Part shown: piece by piece, positions 25,426 through 33,731 of the stretch
Layout of the letters: the number at the start of each line of letters is the position of its first letter
Numbering within the stretch: position 1 is the stretch's first letter
NCBI GenBank assembly: GCA_016290595.1
Contig: JAEEUR010000001.1
Location: 1 to 60,574, forward strand
Reading direction: 5' to 3'
Source of the DNA: Lachnospiraceae bacterium
Lineage (GTDB): Bacteria; Bacillota; Clostridia; Lachnospirales; Lachnospiraceae
DNA: 60,574 bases
Translations under genes and position numbers: made by a program
The notes under the pieces: generated by a model
What the model was told of the DNA's origin: nothing
Seen by the model: the letters and a program-made list of their open reading frames with translations, nothing else
Database searches by the model: none

Positions 25426-27057
25426 ATGATCACAGTCAGCAATGTAACCGTCCGCTTCGGGAAAGCCCCCCTCTTTGAGGACGTAAACGTTAAATTCGTG
25501 CCCGGCGAATGCTACGGGCTCATCGGCGCCAACGGCGCCGGCAAATCCACCTTCTTAAAGGTCCTGACCGGAGAACTGGAGCCCTCCCGCGGCGAGGTCT
25601 TCATCACGCCCGGCGAACGCCTTTCCTTCTTAAAGCAGGACCACTTCGCCTACGACGAATTCCCGGTTCTGGAGACCGTCATGATGGGCAACCCGCGGCT
25701 GGTGGAGATTATGAAGGAAAAGGACGCCCTCTACGCCAAGGAGGATTTCTCCGAGGAGGACGGCATCAAGGCCAGCGAGCTGGAGGGCGAGTTCGCCTCC
25801 ATGAACGGCTGGGAGGCCGAATCCGACGCCGCCGCCCTCTTAAACGGCCTGGGCGTGGAGCCGGAATTCCACTACCTGCTCATGAAGGAACTGGACGGCA
25901 GCCTGAAAGTGAAGGTCCTGCTGGCGCAGGCGCTCTTCGGCAACCCGGACATCCTGCTGCTCGACGAGCCGACCAACCACCTGGATCTGGCCGCCATCGC
26001 CTGGCTGGAGGAATTCCTCATCAACTTTGAGAACACCGTCATCGTGGTCTCCCACGACCGCTATTTCCTGAACAAGGTCTGCACCATGATCGCGGACATC
26101 GACTACGCGAAGATCCAGCTCTACGCCGGCAACTACGACTTCTGGTACGAGTCCAGCCAGCTGAAGATCCGCCAGATGAAGGAAGCCAACAAGAAGAAGG
26201 AGGAGCAGATCAAGGAGCTGCAGGAATTCATCCAGCGCTTCTCCGCGAACGCCTCCAAATCCAAGCAGGCGACTTCCCGCAAGCGCGCTTTAGAGAAGAT
26301 CCAGCTGGAGGACATCCGCCCGTCCAGCCGCAAGTATCCGTACATCGATTTCCGGCCGGAGCGCTCCATCGGCAACGAGGTGCTGGAGGTGAAGAACCTT
26401 TCCAAGAGCGTGAACGGCGTGAAGGTCCTGGACAATATCTCCTTCGTGCTCCGGCGCGAGGACAAGGTCGCGCTGGTCGGCTCGGACGAACTGGCCAAGA
26501 CCACGCTCCTGCAGATCCTGATGGGCGAGGAGGAGCCGGACGAAGGCAGCTACAAGTGGGGCGTCACCACGACCCGCGCCTATTTCCCGAAGGACAGTTC
26601 TTCGGAATTTGCGAGCGACCTGACCATCACCGAATGGCTGACCGGCTACTCGCAGATCAAGGACATGACCTACGTGCGCGGCTTTTTGGGCCGCATGCTC
26701 TTCGCGGGCGACGACGGCGTCAAGAAGCTGAACGTCCTCTCCGGCGGCGAGCGCGTGCGCTGCATGTTCTCGAAGATGATGATCTCCGGCGCGAACGTCC
26801 TGCTCTTCGACGAGCCGACGAACCATCTGGACATGGAGTCCATCACGGCTTTGAACAACGGCATGATCAAGTTCCCGGGCGTGATCATCTTCACCTCGCG
26901 GGACCATCAGATCGTGCAGACGACGGCGAACCGCATCATGGAGCTCGTGAACGGACGGCTGATCGACAAGATCACGACCTACGACGAATACCTGGCCGAC
27001 GACGTCACCGCCATGAAGCGCCAGGTGTACCACGCCAGCGCGGACGATCTGGATTAA
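25426..27057 (+). CDS. ABC-F family ATPase (two NBDs, no TMD; YbiT/YdiF-like)
   Basis: I prefer the start MITVSNVTVRFG with AAGGAG 4 nt upstream. NBD1 has GANGAGKST, LSGGLKV-type signature and LLLDEPTNHLD. The inter-domain linker is KEANKKKEEQIKELQEFIQRF. NBD2 has LSGGERVR and LLFDEPTNHLD. Confidence 0.88.
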   Translation: MITVSNVTVRFGKAPLFEDVNVKFVPGECYGLIGANGAGKSTFLKVLTGELEPSRGEVFITPGERLSFLKQDHFAYDEFPVLETVMMGNPRLVEIMKEKDALYAKEDFSEEDGIKASELEGEFASMNGWEAESDAAALLNGLGVEPEFHYLLMKELDGSLKVKVLLAQALFGNPDILLLDEPTNHLDLAAIAWLEEFLINFENTVIVVSHDRYFLNKVCTMIADIDYAKIQLYAGNYDFWYESSQLKIRQMKEANKKKEEQIKELQEFIQRFSANASKSKQATSRKRALEKIQLEDIRPSSRKYPYIDFRPERSIGNEVLEVKNLSKSVNGVKVLDNISFVLRREDKVALVGSDELAKTTLLQILMGEEEPDEGSYKWGVTTTRAYFPKDSSSEFASDLTITEWLTGYSQIKDMTYVRGFLGRMLFAGDDGVKKLNVLSGGERVRCMFSKMMISGANVLLFDEPTNHLDMESITALNNGMIKFPGVIIFTSRDHQIVQTTANRIMELVNGRLIDKITTYDEYLADDVTAMKRQVYHASADDLD

Positions 27058-27188
27058 AAGCCGCTTCCGGCTGCGGAAAAAGCGAAAAAATTCACCTGAA
27101 TTTCACAGAAAACCGCTTTTGTTTTATTTCACATTTGATATAATAAACGACAGAGGCGCCGACCATCCGGCGTCCGGGGGAAAGGAGT

Positions 27189-27812
27189 ATGAAGATGGAA
27201 AAGTTTTGTACAAATTGCGGAAGTCCTATCGAGGAGGGCACTCTTTTCTGCCCGGAATGCGGTCAGAAGCTTGACGTCCAGCCGGCTGCTCCCGCGACAA
27301 ATTTCGTAGCGGCGGCTGCGGCAGCCGTTCCGCCCGTAGAAGCTGCGCCCGCAGCGGCGCCTGCAGAGCCTGCCGCCTCTTACAGCTACGGCTACGGCGC
27401 TCCGGCCCAGCCGAAGAACGAACCGGCTCCCGCGCCCGCACCGGCGCCCGTCCAGCCGGCCGCCGAACCCGCCCCGCAGCCCTTCACGCATGAGAACGAA
27501 TACGGCACCGTCACCAATGAAGCGGCCGTCGGCAGCCCGGTGGTAAAGACCTCCGCCTATTTCTGGCTGTCGCTGCTCTTCGCCATCCCGGTGATCGGCC
27601 TCATCGTGATGATCATCATGGCCTGCGCCGCCAAGAACAAGAACTTAAAGCACTGGACCCGTGCCCTTCTGATCTGGATCCTGGTCGGTCTGATCATAAG
27701 CGTCATTTTAGGCCTGGTCGCCTGGATCATCGGCAAGAACGCCGGGATCGAGCTGACCAACATCGACTTCAACGCGATCTTCCAGAGCCTCTTCGACGCG
27801 CTGGGCGTCTGA
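27189..27812 (+). CDS. zinc-ribbon domain membrane protein (Pro/Ala-rich linker, 3 predicted TM)
   Basis: 207 aa. It reads MKMEKFCTNCGSPIEEGTLFCPECGQKL, then a PAAP-rich region, then hydrophobic segments. AAGGAG lies upstream of the ATG. Confidence 0.6.
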   Translation: MKMEKFCTNCGSPIEEGTLFCPECGQKLDVQPAAPATNFVAAAAAAVPPVEAAPAAAPAEPAASYSYGYGAPAQPKNEPAPAPAPAPVQPAAEPAPQPFTHENEYGTVTNEAAVGSPVVKTSAYFWLSLLFAIPVIGLIVMIIMACAAKNKNLKHWTRALLIWILVGLIISVILGLVAWIIGKNAGIELTNIDFNAIFQSLFDALGV

Positions 27813-27843
27813 TGAACAAGTGATCCCGGCAGTCCCTGCCGGA

Positions 27844-27890
27844 TAAAAACGGCGCCGCTTCCCGAAACGGGAGGCGGCGCTGTTTTATTG
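27844..27890. terminator. bidirectional intrinsic terminator between convergent genes
   Basis: GGCGCCGCTTCCCG-AAA-CGGGAGGCGGCGC forms a 13-bp stem flanked by AAAAAC on the left and TGTTTTATTG on the right. A second small hairpin, CCGGCAG-TCC-CTGCCGG, lies at 27824-27840. Confidence 0.75.
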
Positions 27891-27918
27891 TGTGCTATGT
27901 TTTTTCAGCCGGGTTCGC

Positions 27919-29880
27919 TTATTCCTTCAGGCTTGCCAGGCAGGCCTCGTAGAAATCCAGGCTCTCCGGATTGCCGAGCGCGTCCCGGTTGCCGACCGGC
28001 CGGCCGTTTAAGATGTTCGTGACCGCGCCTTCCACCTTCTTGCCGTTCAAGGTCACGGGGATCTCCGGCGTTTCCAGCGTTACGGCCGGCACATGGCGCG
28101 GCGAAGCCTTGGTGCGGAGGGCGGTTTTGATCTTTTTGACCAGGGCGTCGTCCAGGCTGTAGCCCGGCTGGCACTTGACGAAAAGGATGATCCGCTGGTC
28201 GCCGTGGTAGTTCTGTCCGACGGCCAGGGAATCCTCCACCTCGGGCAGAGAGTTCACGATGTTGTAGATCTCCGCCGTGCCGATACGGACGCCCGAAGGC
28301 TTTAAGACCGAATCGCTCCGGCCGCAGAAGGTGAGACCTCCGGTGTTGCCGTGTACGATCACGTAATCGCCGTGGCGCCAGACGCCCGGATATACCCCGA
28401 AATAGGCGTTAAAGTAGCGCTCGCCGGTCGGATCGTTCCAGAAATACAGCGGCATGGACGGGATGGGCTTTTCGCAGACCAGCTCGCCTTCGCGATCGCG
28501 GATGGGGCGGCCGGCATCGTCGTAGCACTCGACTTTTTCGCCGAGGCCGAAGGCCGCCAGCTCGCCGGAATAGACCGGGATCATCATGTTGCCGATGCCG
28601 AAGCAGCCGTTGATGTCCGTGCCGCCGGCGATGGAATTGAAGTGGTAGTCCTCCTTGATCTCGCGGTAGACGAAATCCCAGCCCTCATCCGAAAGGGCCG
28701 AGCCGGTCTGGGAGATGGCCTTCAGGGCGGACAGATCAGCATGCTCCTTCGGGGAGAAGCCGTGCGCGATCAGCATGTGGATATAGCTGGCGGAAAGGCC
28801 GAAGTCGGTGACCTTCTCTTCTTCCAGGACCTTCCAGATGGTCGCGTCATCCGGGTAGGACGGGTTGCCGTCATAAAGCACCAGCTCCGAGCCGGCGCCG
28901 AGAGCCGCCGCCTGCCAGTTCCACATCATCCAGCTGCAGGTGGTGATATAGAGCAGTTTGCTGCCGGCCTGGATGTTGCAGTGCAGGGTAAGCTCCTTTA
29001 ACTGGTTGGCCAGGATGCCGGCGTGCGACTGGACCATGCATTTTGGCTTGCCGGTGGTGCCGGAGGAAAACATGACGAAAAGAGGATGCGAGGCATCGAC
29101 CTGCTCGTAGCGGAAGCCTTCCGCGGAAGGGGCCAGGTAATCCTCAAACATCACCGCGTTGGGGATATCGGAAACAGCCGGCTCGCCCGCGTAGTGCACC
29201 ACTAAAATTCGCTGTAAGGACGGGATGCGGCCCGCCATTTCCTTCACGTTTTCCAGCGAGGAGAATGTCTTGCCTTTATAACGGTAGCCGTCGGTCGTGA
29301 CGAGGATCTTCGGCGAGGTCTGTCCCAGCCGATCCACCGCCGCGTTCGCCCCGATATCCGTGGCGCAGGAGCACCAGACCGCGCCGACGGCGGCCGCCGC
29401 CAGCATCGCGATGATGGTCTCCGGCAGGTTCGGCAGGTATCCCGCCACCGCGTCGCCGGGCTTTAAGCCCTCCGCGCGGAAGGCCGTCGCCAGCCGTTCC
29501 ACCTGGTCCAGCAGCTCCCCGCGGCTGATCACGCGGCGCATGAAATCCTCCCCGCGGAAGGTGATGGCCGGAGCGGGATCGCCCGCTTTGCAGAAGCGCA
29601 GGATGTTCTCCGCGTAGTTCATCTTCGCGCCGACGAACCATTTCGCGCCCGGGAAGCGGCTTAAGTCGTCCACGACCGTATCGTAGGGACGGGAAGCGAC
29701 GACGTCAAAGTAGTGCCAGAGCGCGTCCCAAAAGGCGGGGATATCTTCCACCGACCACTGATACAGCTCCTTGTATTCATGAAAGTCCTTCCCGCAACGG
29801 CGGTTCACGAAACGCATGAAATCCGCCATGCGGCAGCTGTTTTTCACTTCTTCCGAAGGTTTCCAAAGCAGTTTCTGCAT
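27919..29880 (-). CDS. acetoacetate-CoA ligase (acetoacetyl-CoA synthetase family, AMP-forming)
   Basis: I prefer the start MQKLLWKPSEEVKNSCRMADFMRFVNRRCGKDFHEYKELYQWSVEDIPAFWDALW at 29880, 2 nt after the kamE stop. This gives 653 aa, with the AMP-binding motif FSSGTTGKPK. The first ~180 aa of track ORF 27919-30420 are an out-of-frame read-through over kamE. Confidence 0.8.
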   Translation of the reverse strand: MQKLLWKPSEEVKNSCRMADFMRFVNRRCGKDFHEYKELYQWSVEDIPAFWDALWHYFDVVASRPYDTVVDDLSRFPGAKWFVGAKMNYAENILRFCKAGDPAPAITFRGEDFMRRVISRGELLDQVERLATAFRAEGLKPGDAVAGYLPNLPETIIAMLAAAAVGAVWCSCATDIGANAAVDRLGQTSPKILVTTDGYRYKGKTFSSLENVKEMAGRIPSLQRILVVHYAGEPAVSDIPNAVMFEDYLAPSAEGFRYEQVDASHPLFVMFSSGTTGKPKCMVQSHAGILANQLKELTLHCNIQAGSKLLYITTCSWMMWNWQAAALGAGSELVLYDGNPSYPDDATIWKVLEEEKVTDFGLSASYIHMLIAHGFSPKEHADLSALKAISQTGSALSDEGWDFVYREIKEDYHFNSIAGGTDINGCFGIGNMMIPVYSGELAAFGLGEKVECYDDAGRPIRDREGELVCEKPIPSMPLYFWNDPTGERYFNAYFGVYPGVWRHGDYVIVHGNTGGLTFCGRSDSVLKPSGVRIGTAEIYNIVNSLPEVEDSLAVGQNYHGDQRIILFVKCQPGYSLDDALVKKIKTALRTKASPRHVPAVTLETPEIPVTLNGKKVEGAVTNILNGRPVGNRDALGNPESLDFYEACLASLKE

Positions 29881-29882
29881 AA

Positions 29883-30671
29883 TTATTTCATCCCCCGTCT
29901 TACCATTTCCTTCACGCAGAAGGTCGCGACGTCGTTCGCAAACTTGCCCGGGCCGAAGCCGGCGTCGAAGCCCAGCTCCTTGGCCAGCTCGTGCGTGATG
30001 CGCGCGCCGCCGCAGCACATGACGCACTTGGCGCGCAGCCCCTCCGCCTCCGCCAGCTCGATCAGCTCGGTCAGGTTGATGATGTGGATGTTTTTCTGCG
30101 TGACCGTCTGGCTCACCAGAAGGACGTCCGCGTTGATCTCCTTCGCCTTGGCCAGGAACTCCTCGTTCGGCACCTGCGCGCCCATGTTGAGCGCCTCGAT
30201 CATCTCGTAGCGCTCCAGGCCGTAGTGGCCGGCGAAGCCCTTGCGGTTCATGATCGCGTCGATGCCGACCGTGTGCGCGTCGGTGCCGGTGGAGGCGCCT
30301 AAGACAACGATCTTCCGGCCGATGTGCTCTTTGATGTATTCGTCCACCTCGTCCATCTCCATGGAGACATCCTCGATGGCGTGGATCTGGATCTTCGTGT
30401 AGTCGATAGTGTGCGAGCACGAGCCGTAGACCACGTAGAAGGTGAATTCCTTGTCCAGCGTGCGGGCGTAGGCGACGTTCGGCTCCTCGAGGCCCATCTT
30501 CCGGCTGTAAAGGCGCGCGGCCTCCATCCCCCGGTCGTTGTTCGGGACCGGCAGCGTAAAGGAAAGCTGCACCTTGCCGTCGTTCATGGTGTCGCCGTAG
30601 GGTTTGAGCTTGGTCAGATCCAGGGTCTTGTCAAAGTCCTTGGCAGACATGTCGTAAAGTCCGGAGCTCAT
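29883..30671 (-). CDS. kamE: lysine 5,6-aminomutase beta subunit (B12/PLP-binding)
   Basis: 262 aa. It reads ...GKVQLSFTLPVPNNDRGMEAARLYSRKMGLEEP..., and the Rossmann-like B12 domain reads KIVVLGASTGTDAHTVGIDAI. An ATGA overlap joins it to kamD. Confidence 0.88.
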   Translation of the reverse strand: MSSGLYDMSAKDFDKTLDLTKLKPYGDTMNDGKVQLSFTLPVPNNDRGMEAARLYSRKMGLEEPNVAYARTLDKEFTFYVVYGSCSHTIDYTKIQIHAIEDVSMEMDEVDEYIKEHIGRKIVVLGASTGTDAHTVGIDAIMNRKGFAGHYGLERYEMIEALNMGAQVPNEEFLAKAKEINADVLLVSQTVTQKNIHIINLTELIELAEAEGLRAKCVMCCGGARITHELAKELGFDAGFGPGKFANDVATFCVKEMVRRGMK

Positions 30672-32227
30672 GCGCGCACCTCCTTCCGCATCTCTTCAAT
30701 GAAGGGGTTAAAATAGCGGTCCGACTTTTTCGTCACGCCGTCCAGGCCCTTGCCGCCGTCCAGCGGCCGCTTGATATCCGCGAACACGCCCTTTTCCAGC
30801 GTCGCGAAGAGGCCGATCCGCTCGATCTCGGCGAGTAAGTCCGCCGCCTTCTGCAGCACCTCAGCCGCGCGGGTCCGGATGATGCCGCCCTCCTTGAACT
30901 CGATGTCGTTTCCGAGATCCGCCATCGTTCGGAAGATGTACTGCGCGTTCTCGATGGCCAGCGCGCGGTCCGACATGAATGGCGTATGGATGGCCTCCGT
31001 CATCATGCCCAGCAGGTGGATCTTCTGGTTCGTCAGGATGGTCACCATATTGAAGAGGGCGTCCTGAACGTGCCCGCGGAAGATATTTCCCGTCATGAAC
31101 TTTGTAGGAGGCATGTATTTCAGTGGCGCTTTGGGAAATATTTCCCGGGCCATCTGAGCCTGCGCCAGCTCGTAGAGGAAGGCGTTCGGCAGGTCGGGAT
31201 CCATCTCGAAGGCGTGGCCGAGGCCCATCTGCTCTTCCGGCAGGCCCGCCTGCACGGCGAACTGCTCGTTTAAGAACTGGCTGGCCAGCACCGTGTGCGC
31301 CTCTTCGTAGGCGTCGGCGGTGGTGAGGTAATTGTCCTCGCCGGTATTGATGATGACCCCCGCGAAACTGTTGATGACGCGGGAGAAATACTGGTCGATG
31401 ATGGTCCGCTGCATGTTGATGTCGCGGAAAAGGATGCCGTAGAGCGCATCGTTGAGCATCACGTCCAGGCGCTCCAGGGCGCCCATGGCCGCGATCTCCG
31501 GCATGCACAGCCCCGAGCAGTAGTTGCAGAGGCGGATGTAGCGGTGCTGCTCCTCTCCCACTTCGTCCAGGGCGGCGCGCATTAAGCGGAAGTTCTCCTG
31601 CGTCGCGTAGGTGCCGCCGAAGCCCTCGGTGGTCGCGCCGAAAGGCACGAAGTCCAGCAGGCTCTGGCCGGTGGTCCGGATCACGGCGATGACGTCCGCG
31701 CCCTGCTTGGCCGCCGCCTTGGCCTGCGTGATATCCTCATAAATGTTGCCGGTCGCAACGATCAGATAGATGTACGGTCCCTTCTTGTCGCCGAAGCAGT
31801 CCAGGTACTCGTTCCTTTTTGCGACGTTCGAACGGATGCGCGAAAGCGTCGCTTCCACCACGGGGGAAATGGCCGCGCGGATCTCCTCCTCCGGATGCAT
31901 GGGCAGGGCGGCAAGGTCGATCTCGCCTCTGTCGATGCCTTCCGCGATCTTTTGCGGGGAAAGGCCCGTCTCCGCCATGGCGTTGCCCAGCCGGAGCGCC
32001 GCGCCGTCCGCCAGAAGGTCGCGCGCCGTCAGGTGGTCCACCACCACGTTCGGCATGGGGACCTCGACCTCGTTCACGCCGTCGATGCCGAGCAGGCGGC
32101 AGACCGTCCGCTCCACCGCGACCGTCGTGTGCCGGTCGATGAAGCGCTGCGTATCCTCCGCCACGTGGGCGGCCGAGGTCCGCGCCTGATCCACCAGCTC
32201 CTGATTTAAGCCGATCTTGCTCTCCAT
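30668..32227 (-). CDS. kamD: lysine 5,6-aminomutase alpha subunit
   Basis: 519 aa, MESKIGLNQELVDQARTSAAHVAEDTQRFIDRHTTVAVERTVCRLLGIDGV.... It is a TIM-barrel aminomutase large subunit sitting between kamA and kamE. Confidence 0.88.
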   Translation of the reverse strand: MESKIGLNQELVDQARTSAAHVAEDTQRFIDRHTTVAVERTVCRLLGIDGVNEVEVPMPNVVVDHLTARDLLADGAALRLGNAMAETGLSPQKIAEGIDRGEIDLAALPMHPEEEIRAAISPVVEATLSRIRSNVAKRNEYLDCFGDKKGPYIYLIVATGNIYEDITQAKAAAKQGADVIAVIRTTGQSLLDFVPFGATTEGFGGTYATQENFRLMRAALDEVGEEQHRYIRLCNYCSGLCMPEIAAMGALERLDVMLNDALYGILFRDINMQRTIIDQYFSRVINSFAGVIINTGEDNYLTTADAYEEAHTVLASQFLNEQFAVQAGLPEEQMGLGHAFEMDPDLPNAFLYELAQAQMAREIFPKAPLKYMPPTKFMTGNIFRGHVQDALFNMVTILTNQKIHLLGMMTEAIHTPFMSDRALAIENAQYIFRTMADLGNDIEFKEGGIIRTRAAEVLQKAADLLAEIERIGLFATLEKGVFADIKRPLDGGKGLDGVTKKSDRYFNPFIEEMRKEVRA

Positions 32228-32230
32228 GGA

Positions 32231-33490
32231 TCACTCTCCCTTTTTCTTGCAGCTGCAGCGCTTGGTGCGCGCCAGGTCCTTCGGCTCCAGGCTTAAGGCC
32301 TGTCCCTGTTCCAGTCCGGCCACGCCGACCAGCCTGCCCTCGCGTTCCTTCCGGCAGTACTCGCACTGGCAGGTCTCCTTATAATTCTGCGGCTCGGTGT
32401 AGGTCGTGATGACGCCCTCGAAGTTGCGCAGGATCACGCGGTGCGGCGTCTGCGAGATCAGATAGTCCGGCATGACCGGGATCTTCCCGCCGCCGCCGGG
32501 CGCATCCACCACGAAGGTCGGCACGCAGAAGCCGCTCGTGTGGCCGCGCAGCGCCTCGATGATCTCGATGCCCTTGCCGACCGGCGTGCGGAAGTGCTCC
32601 AGGCCCATGGAGAGGTCGCACTGGTAAATGTAGTACGGCCGCACGCGGATCTTCACCAGCTCGTGCATCAGCTTCTTCATGGTATAGACGCAGTCGTTGA
32701 CGCCGGCCAAAAGCACGCTTTGGTTGCCCAGCGGGATGCCCGCGTCGGCCAGCATCGCGCAGGCGCGCGCGGAGGCCTCGGTGATCTCCTTCGGGTGGTT
32801 GAAGTGCGTGTTCAGCCAGATCGGGTGGTACTTGCGCAGCATCGCGCAGAGCTCGGGCGTGATGCGCTGCGGCATGACCACCGGCGTGCGGGAGCCGATG
32901 CGGACGATCTCCACGTGCGGGATGGCGCGGACGCGGGCGATCACGTATTCCAGGCGCTCGTCGCTCATGACCAGCGGGTCGCCGCCGGAGATCAGGACGT
33001 CGCGGACCTCCGGATGGTTCTTGATGTATTCGATGCAGCCGTCGATCTGGTCCACGGGCACCGCCCGGTCCGTCTGGCCGGCGAAGCGGCGGCGGGTGCA
33101 GTGGCGGCAGTACATGGAGCACTGGTCCGTGACCAGCAGCAGTACGCGGTCCGGATAGCGGTGGGTCAGGCCCTTGACCGGGGAGTCCGTGTCCTCGTGC
33201 AGGGGATCCAGCAGGTCCGCCTCCGACTGATGCAGCTCGGCGGCGGTCGGGATCGCCTGGCGGCGGATCGGATCGTGCGGGTCGCTTAAGTCGATCAGGG
33301 ACAGGTAGTAGGGCGTGATGGCCATGCGCAGCACGCCGAGGCATTTGCGGATGCCTTCCTCCTCTTCTTCCGTGATCTCGATATGCTTTTTCAGATCTTC
33401 CACCGTCTCGATGCGGTTGCGGATCTGCCATTTCCAGTCGTTCCAGAGTTCTTCGGGTACGTCGGCAAACAGGCCGTTGCGGGTGATCAT
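32231..33490 (-). CDS. kamA: lysine 2,3-aminomutase (radical SAM)
   Basis: I prefer the start MITRNGLFADVPEELWNDWKWQIRNRI at 33490. CSMYCRHCTRRR is the radical-SAM cluster. GGDPL and the C-terminal Zn-site cysteines (CQCEYC) are present. Confidence 0.92.
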   Translation of the reverse strand: MITRNGLFADVPEELWNDWKWQIRNRIETVEDLKKHIEITEEEEEGIRKCLGVLRMAITPYYLSLIDLSDPHDPIRRQAIPTAAELHQSEADLLDPLHEDTDSPVKGLTHRYPDRVLLLVTDQCSMYCRHCTRRRFAGQTDRAVPVDQIDGCIEYIKNHPEVRDVLISGGDPLVMSDERLEYVIARVRAIPHVEIVRIGSRTPVVMPQRITPELCAMLRKYHPIWLNTHFNHPKEITEASARACAMLADAGIPLGNQSVLLAGVNDCVYTMKKLMHELVKIRVRPYYIYQCDLSMGLEHFRTPVGKGIEIIEALRGHTSGFCVPTFVVDAPGGGGKIPVMPDYLISQTPHRVILRNFEGVITTYTEPQNYKETCQCEYCRKEREGRLVGVAGLEQGQALSLEPKDLARTKRCSCKKKGE

Positions 33491-33731
33491 ACGATTGATT
33501 TTCCTTTCCGCCTCGCCGCCGGTACGAAAACTTTTCTCAGGACGATTGCTCTGCCTCGCCGCCGGCACGAAGTTTTTCGAAAACGCGTGCCCCTTTTCAA
33601 GGGCCCCGCTAGCTCTCACTAGTCGCTTCGCTAAATCGTTCGAAAAACTTGTCCAGCCGGCTCGGCGAACCACGTTACGTTCGCAATGTGCTCGAAAAGT
33701 ATTGTCCGGCTCGCTCGGCTTTCAATGTTTT
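33491..33731 (-). repeat. structured intercistronic spacer with four ~30-nt repeat copies (two direct, two inverted)
   Basis: On the plus strand, copies at 33510-33538 and 33553-33584 read GCCTCGCCGCCGG(T/C)ACGAA..TTTT. Copies at 33639-33668 and 33690-33719 are their imperfect reverse complements (..TCGAAAA..TTGTCC..GGCTCG..CGGC). Confidence 0.7.

Noticed and set aside
25426-27057. The ABC-F protein considered as an antibiotic-resistance (ARE) factor with a leader attenuator.
   Set aside because: The inter-NBD linker is short. No upstream leader peptide or terminator/antiterminator was visible in 25165-25425. The overall sequence looks like housekeeping YbiT/YdiF-type ABC-F.
29881-30420. The N-terminal ~180 aa of track ORF 27919-30420 (MLAHYRLHEDPDPRHRG...).
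   Set aside because: This part overlaps kamE in another frame and is Arg/Gly/His-rich nonsense. The acetoacetyl-CoA synthetase homology begins at the Met at 29880, 2 nt after the kamE stop.
33491-33731. The kdd-kamA spacer considered as a cobalamin or second lysine riboswitch.
   Set aside because: I found no B12-box-like GCCACTG core and none of the L-box blocks (AGAGGCGC, GCCGAAG, CTGTCA). The sequence is instead dominated by four copies of one repeat unit.
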